From positions 1 to 63,513 of the forward strand of contig JBBRRY010000023.1 in NCBI GenBank assembly GCA_038245905.1: DNA of 63,513 nucleotides, written 5' to 3'. This document shows positions 57,426 through 63,513 of this stretch, piece after piece. The translations under genes and the position numbers were made by a program. Positions within the stretch are counted from its first letter, which is position 1, and every line of letters starts with the position of its first letter. The DNA is from Thermoanaerobaculia bacterium (GTDB taxonomy: Bacteria > Acidobacteriota > Thermoanaerobaculia > UBA5066). The notes beneath the pieces were generated by a model. It did not search any database. It saw only the letters and a program-made list of their open reading frames with translations, and had not been told where the DNA came from.

Positions 57426-59105
57426 TTACGCCCCGCCGGAGTACAGGAACCGCTTGATCTTCTTCGTCGGCGTCTTCTGGAACTCTTCCGAGTAGACATC
57501 GATCTTCGCGATCGAGGCGTAAGGGGGAAGGACCCGGTTGAGCGCGAGGCGGTTCTTCTCCAGCCGCTGGACGAGCTCGCGCTCGTCGATCCGGAGGTGG
57601 TCGACCCGTTCGAGGTCCGGGTAGACGAGCGCGAAGAGCCTGCCGTTCCGTTCGATCACGAGGGATTCCCCGACGAAGGGAAGGCTGTTCAGCTTCGCCT
57701 CGATTTCCTCTGGGTAGATGTTCTGTCCCGAAGGTCCGAGGATCACCGTCTTCGAGCGCCCACGGATGAATAGCGTCCCGTCGGCGTCGAGGACCCCGAG
57801 GTCACCCGTGTGCAGCCAGCCGTCCGGGTCGATCGCCGCCGCGGTCGCCTCGGAGTTCTTGTAGTAACCGGCCATGACGTTCGCGCCCCGGATGAGGATC
57901 TCGCCCGCGACGCGCTGAGGGTCGGCCGAGTCGATCCGGACCTCAAGCGTGTCCACTTTCCGCCCCACGCCGCCGAGCTTGTGGTCGCGCCACGCGGAAT
58001 AGCTGATGAGCGGTCCGCACTCGGTCATCCCGTAACCGCACGTGAACGGAAAGTCGATCGCCTGGAAGAAACGCTCCACGTCGCCGTTCAGCGCGGCCCC
58101 GCCGATGACGATCTCCCGGAACCGTCCCCCGAACACCGCGACGAGCTTTTCCCTGATTTTCCGCTCGAGGATCCGTCTCACGGGCGGGATTCGCATGAGG
58201 AGCTTCGTCGTTTCCTTCTCCAGGACCGGCGCCAGCCTCTTGGCGTAGATCTTCTCGATGACGAGCGGGACCGACAGGATCAGCCGGGGCCGGATCGCGC
58301 CGAACGCGTCGAGGATGATCTTCGGCGAGGGCGTCTGGGCGAGAAATGTGATGGCGCAGCCGGACGTGAACGGAAACAGAAACTCGAACGCGCAGCCGAA
58401 GGCGTGCGCGAGCGGGAGGAACGAGACGATCGTGTCTCCCGGCTCGAGAGGCATGTTCGCCTTCGCGTAGACGACGTTCGCGAGGAGACTCCGGTGCGGG
58501 AGCATGACGCCCTTGGAAAAACCGGTCGTCCCCGACGTGTAGACGATCGCCGCGAGTGCGTCGTCCTGGACGTCCTCGAGGAAGAAGCGCTCCGGGTCCG
58601 GGGAACGCCGGCCGGAGGCCGGGACCGCAAGGGCCTCGGCGAGGCTCTTCGCCACACTCTCTTTCCGCGAATGGAGAACCCGGAAATCCGCCAGCGAAAA
58701 CACGGTCGTGACGCCCCGGAGTCGCGCCGCATCGAGGGGCGCGAAGAGGGCGTCCGCCACGAAGAAAAGCACCGCGTCGGAGTGATTCACGATGTGGTGA
58801 ACGTCGTCCGGACGGAAATCGGGAAGGATTGGAACGATCACCGCCCCGTAGGTGACGCTGGCCAGCCAGACGACCCCCCAGTTCGAGCAATTCCGCCCGA
58901 GGAGCGCGATCTTGTCGCCGGGGGCGACGTGGCAGATGCGGAAGACCTCGTGCAGCCGCGCGATCTCGTCCGCGACCTGGCCGTACGTCCGGCCCGTCCC
59001 CTCCCAGTCGAGGAGTGCGGGACGCGTCCAGTTCCGTCGCACGCTCTCGGCGATGAGGCCGACGAGGTTCTCCGGCTTCCGGACGGCAGCGTCTTGAGCG
59101 TTCAT
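57426..59105 (-). CDS. long-chain fatty acid-CoA ligase
   Basis: YTSGTTGFSKGVML, GYGMTECGP, GWLHTGDLG, GQNIYPEEIE. Confidence 0.95.
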   Translation of the reverse strand: MNAQDAAVRKPENLVGLIAESVRRNWTRPALLDWEGTGRTYGQVADEIARLHEVFRICHVAPGDKIALLGRNCSNWGVVWLASVTYGAVIVPILPDFRPDDVHHIVNHSDAVLFFVADALFAPLDAARLRGVTTVFSLADFRVLHSRKESVAKSLAEALAVPASGRRSPDPERFFLEDVQDDALAAIVYTSGTTGFSKGVMLPHRSLLANVVYAKANMPLEPGDTIVSFLPLAHAFGCAFEFLFPFTSGCAITFLAQTPSPKIILDAFGAIRPRLILSVPLVIEKIYAKRLAPVLEKETTKLLMRIPPVRRILERKIREKLVAVFGGRFREIVIGGAALNGDVERFFQAIDFPFTCGYGMTECGPLISYSAWRDHKLGGVGRKVDTLEVRIDSADPQRVAGEILIRGANVMAGYYKNSEATAAAIDPDGWLHTGDLGVLDADGTLFIRGRSKTVILGPSGQNIYPEEIEAKLNSLPFVGESLVIERNGRLFALVYPDLERVDHLRIDERELVQRLEKNRLALNRVLPPYASIAKIDVYSEEFQKTPTKKIKRFLYSGGA

Positions 59106-59257
59106 GGGAGGCTCCCCTCCCTATTTGGCCACGATCCTCGGACCGCACACTGAGGCATCTGCATCTGGCCCGTGGGCCGGTCCACCGGGAAGATCGGCCG
59201 CGTCTCGTGACCTCGTCCGACCCCCGAATGCGCGTTCTCGGGTGAGGAGACACTCAC

Positions 59258-59689
59258 ATGAAGAAAACCCTCGTGGCCGCAGCCCTCGTCTGTCTCGCCG
59301 TCACCTCCGACGGACCGACGCTCGCATCCGGAGACGCTTCCCAGCCTGCCGGCTACGCCTGCCTCGCAAGCCCGAAAGCCGGCTCGGTCAAGGTCGTCCT
59401 GACGCCGCCGCCCCCGGGTTTCAAGTGCCCGACAGGACAGAAGCTCTTTCTCGTCACGAAGCAGATGCAAAACAAGACGACCGCGGCGTTCCAGCCGGAG
59501 CTGGACGCGCCGGAGCCGCCGGAACCGACGCCTCCTCCGGGACTCATCGCTCCGCCGAAGAAGAAGGCGACGAAGAAGACGCAGCCGAAGAACCCGAACC
59601 CGATCCCGCCGGGAGGCAAGGTCTGCGTGCCGGACGGCACGGGCGGTCTCTACTGCTGCTACAGCCTGTCCGACTGCCGGTCCGAGTAG
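59258..59689 (+). CDS. secreted Cys/Pro/Lys-rich hypothetical protein
   Basis: GAGGAG RBS, MKKTL signal peptide, coding-like codon usage. Confidence 0.75.
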   Translation: MKKTLVAAALVCLAVTSDGPTLASGDASQPAGYACLASPKAGSVKVVLTPPPPGFKCPTGQKLFLVTKQMQNKTTAAFQPELDAPEPPEPTPPPGLIAPPKKKATKKTQPKNPNPIPPGGKVCVPDGTGGLYCCYSLSDCRSE

Positions 59690-59704
59690 CGACGTCCCGG
59701 GACG

Positions 59705-59735
59705 AAAGCGGCGGGCGCCCGGAGGCGCCCGCCGC
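59705..59735 (-). terminator. GC-rich hairpin, likely terminator between the convergent sdhB and hypothetical gene
   Basis: Perfect 12-bp stem GCGGCGGGCGCC-CGGA-GGCGCCCGCCGC, followed by TTT on the minus strand. Confidence 0.65.
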
Positions 59736-59761
59736 GGGTTCGTGCCTGGGAACGGAGCCGT

Positions 59762-60531
59762 CTACCCGGAGCCGCTCTCCGCCGTCTTCGGCCGCGAGAG
59801 GAGGCTCGCCTTGAAGAAGTCGCGGTTGAGCTGGGCGATGAACTCCTGCTTGATCTCCTTCGGACAGACGCGCGAGCACTCGCCGTGGTTCGTGCAGGTG
59901 CCGAAGCCCTCGGCGTCCATCTGCGCGACCATCGAGAGGACGCGCTCGTAGCGCTCGGGCTGGCCTTGCGGCAGGAGCGCGAGGTGCGAGACCTTGGCCG
60001 CGACGAAGAGCATCGCCGAGCCGTTCGGGCAGACCGCCGCGCACGCGCCGCAGCCGATGCAGGCCGCCGCGTCCATCGCGCGGTCCGAGCAGCTTTTCTG
60101 CACCGGCAGGGTGTTGCCGTCCGGCGCGCTGCCGGTCGAGACGGAGATGAAGCCGCCCGCCTGAATGATGCGGTCGAACGACGAGCGGTCGACGATGAGG
60201 TCCTTGACGACCGGGAACGGCGTCGCCCGCCAGGGTTCGAGCGTGATCGTGTCGCCGTCCTTGAAGCTCCGCATGTGGAGCTGGCAGACCGTCGTCCCTC
60301 GGCGCGGGCCGTGGGGGTAGCCGTTGATGACGATGCTGCACATGCCGCAGATGCCCTCGCGGCAGTCGTTGTCGAACGCGATCGGGTCCTCGCCCTTGAG
60401 GATCATGCGTTCGTTCACGACGTCGAGCATCTCGAGGAAGGACATGTCGGGACTGATGCCCGGGGCGTCGTACGTGACGAGCTTCCCCGTGGATTTCGCG
60501 TCCTTCTGGCGCCAGACGTTCAGCGTCAGTC

Positions 60532-60535
<4 letters not shown>
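59762..60535 (-). CDS. sdhB: succinate dehydrogenase/fumarate reductase Fe-S subunit
   Basis: [36 protein letters not shown]; ATG overlaps the sdhA stop. Confidence 0.96.
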
Positions 60536-62445
<1,910 letters not shown>

Positions 62446-62453
62446 GTCGGTCC

Positions 62454-63122
62454 CTACTTCAGCTTGCCCGCGAGGACCGCGAGCGGGACGAGGACGAACC
62501 CGCCCGTGACGAGAATCGTGAAGACGATCGCGAAGACCTTGCGGGCCTTCAGGTACTTCGGATGCGAGACGCCGAGCGTCTGGAGCATCGACCACGCACC
62601 GTGCCAGAGGTGGAACGCGAGGCAGCCCATCGCGAGGATGTAGAAGAGCGCGACCGGGACCGGCGCGAGGCCCGTGACGAGGTTCTGGTAGACCTTCCCC
62701 TCGACGAAGTGTGGGTGCACGTTGCCGATCGTCAGGTGCATGAGGTGGTAGACGATGAAGACCGCGAGGATCGGCCCGGTCCAGCGCATGGACCGCCCGG
62801 CGAAAGTCGCTTCCTCGTAGTCCGTCATGCTGTAACCCTTCGGCCGGGCCGCCCAGCTCTTCAGCGTGAGGCCGAGGTAGGCCCAGATGTGAAGACCCAC
62901 CGCGAGGAGGAGCCCGCCTCGCACGAACCAGATGCCCGTACCGTGCACGAGCCCTTGCAGGAACGCGGCGTAGTGGTCCAGCGCCTCGGGGCCGTTCGGG
63001 AGAAACACCTGGAGGTTGCCGGCCATGTGGCCGAGGACAAAGAGCGACAGGACGATCCCGGTGATCGCCATGACGATCTTCTTGCCGACCGACGAGTTCA
63101 GGAGAGTTGCGGGCGCAGCCAT
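62454..63122 (-). CDS. sdhC: succinate dehydrogenase cytochrome b subunit
   Basis: [17 protein letters not shown], heme-ligand His residues in TMs, HLWHG.WS..QTLG. Confidence 0.95.
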   Translation of the reverse strand: MAAPATLLNSSVGKKIVMAITGIVLSLFVLGHMAGNLQVFLPNGPEALDHYAAFLQGLVHGTGIWFVRGGLLLAVGLHIWAYLGLTLKSWAARPKGYSMTDYEEATFAGRSMRWTGPILAVFIVYHLMHLTIGNVHPHFVEGKVYQNLVTGLAPVPVALFYILAMGCLAFHLWHGAWSMLQTLGVSHPKYLKARKVFAIVFTILVTGGFVLVPLAVLAGKLK

Positions 63123-63159
63123 TCGAGCGATTCTCCTCCCCTTGGATGTGGCGACGGGA

Positions 63160-63513
63160 TCAGACGGTCAGGAGTCCGACGAGTTCCTGGACGGAGGCTG
63201 CGGACTTCTGGAGAGCCGCGGACTCCTCCGGCGTGAGCTTGAGCTCGATGATCCTCTCGATGCCGCCGGCGCCGAGGACGCACGGGACGCCGACGAAGAG
63301 GCCCTTGATCCCGTACTCGCCCTCGAGGTACGCGGCGCACGGGAGGATCTTCTTGCGGTCGTTGAAGATGGCCTCGGCCATCTCGACGGCGGCCGAGGAC
63401 GGCGCGTAGTACGCCGAGCCGGTCTTCAGGAAGTTCACGATTTCGGCGCCGCCGCCCGCGGTGCGCTTCACGATCGCCGCGACGCGCTCGGGGGACATGA
63501 GCTCGGTGATCGG
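63160..63513 (-). CDS. mdh: malate dehydrogenase, C-terminal part (runs off window edge)
   Basis: [45 protein letters not shown]; directly upstream of sdhCAB. Confidence 0.93.
   Translation of the reverse strand, partial: PITELMSPERVAAIVKRTAGGGAEIVNFLKTGSAYYAPSSAAVEMAEAIFNDRKKILPCAAYLEGEYGIKGLFVGVPCVLGAGGIERIIELKLTPEESAALQKSAASVQELVGLLTV

Overview
High-GC bacterial chromosomal window. It is most consistent with Acidobacteriota, probably class Thermoanaerobaculia; this is inferred from gene content and from a large secreted protein with tandem C-terminal repeats. Most of it is housekeeping and peptide-scavenging genes: M13, tricorn, YpfJ and CPBP peptidases, amidohydrolases, a liv ABC transporter, egtB-egtD, recQ, an S1 protein, a fused 2-oxoacid dehydrogenase E1, a ccsBA fusion, a cobalamin riboswitch-controlled btuB, mdh-sdhCAB and tRNA-Ala(GGC). 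No integrase, transposase, prophage or CRISPR array is visible. Unexplained structure includes: (1) a ~150-bp highly folded element downstream of tRNA-Ala, built from one inverted and one direct copy of the tRNA 3' end and next to a decayed DUF433/DUF5615 TA module; (2) several gene remnants collapsed by internal deletions; (3) many apparently leaderless genes with a -10 box 6-9 nt before the start codon; (4) an in-frame amber codon in a TolB-like gene; (5) a truncated Tes/COG1964-like radical SAM enzyme; (6) an IPTL-CTERM-tagged DUF3494 ice-binding-family protein. All family assignments come from recognising motifs by eye; no database searches were run.
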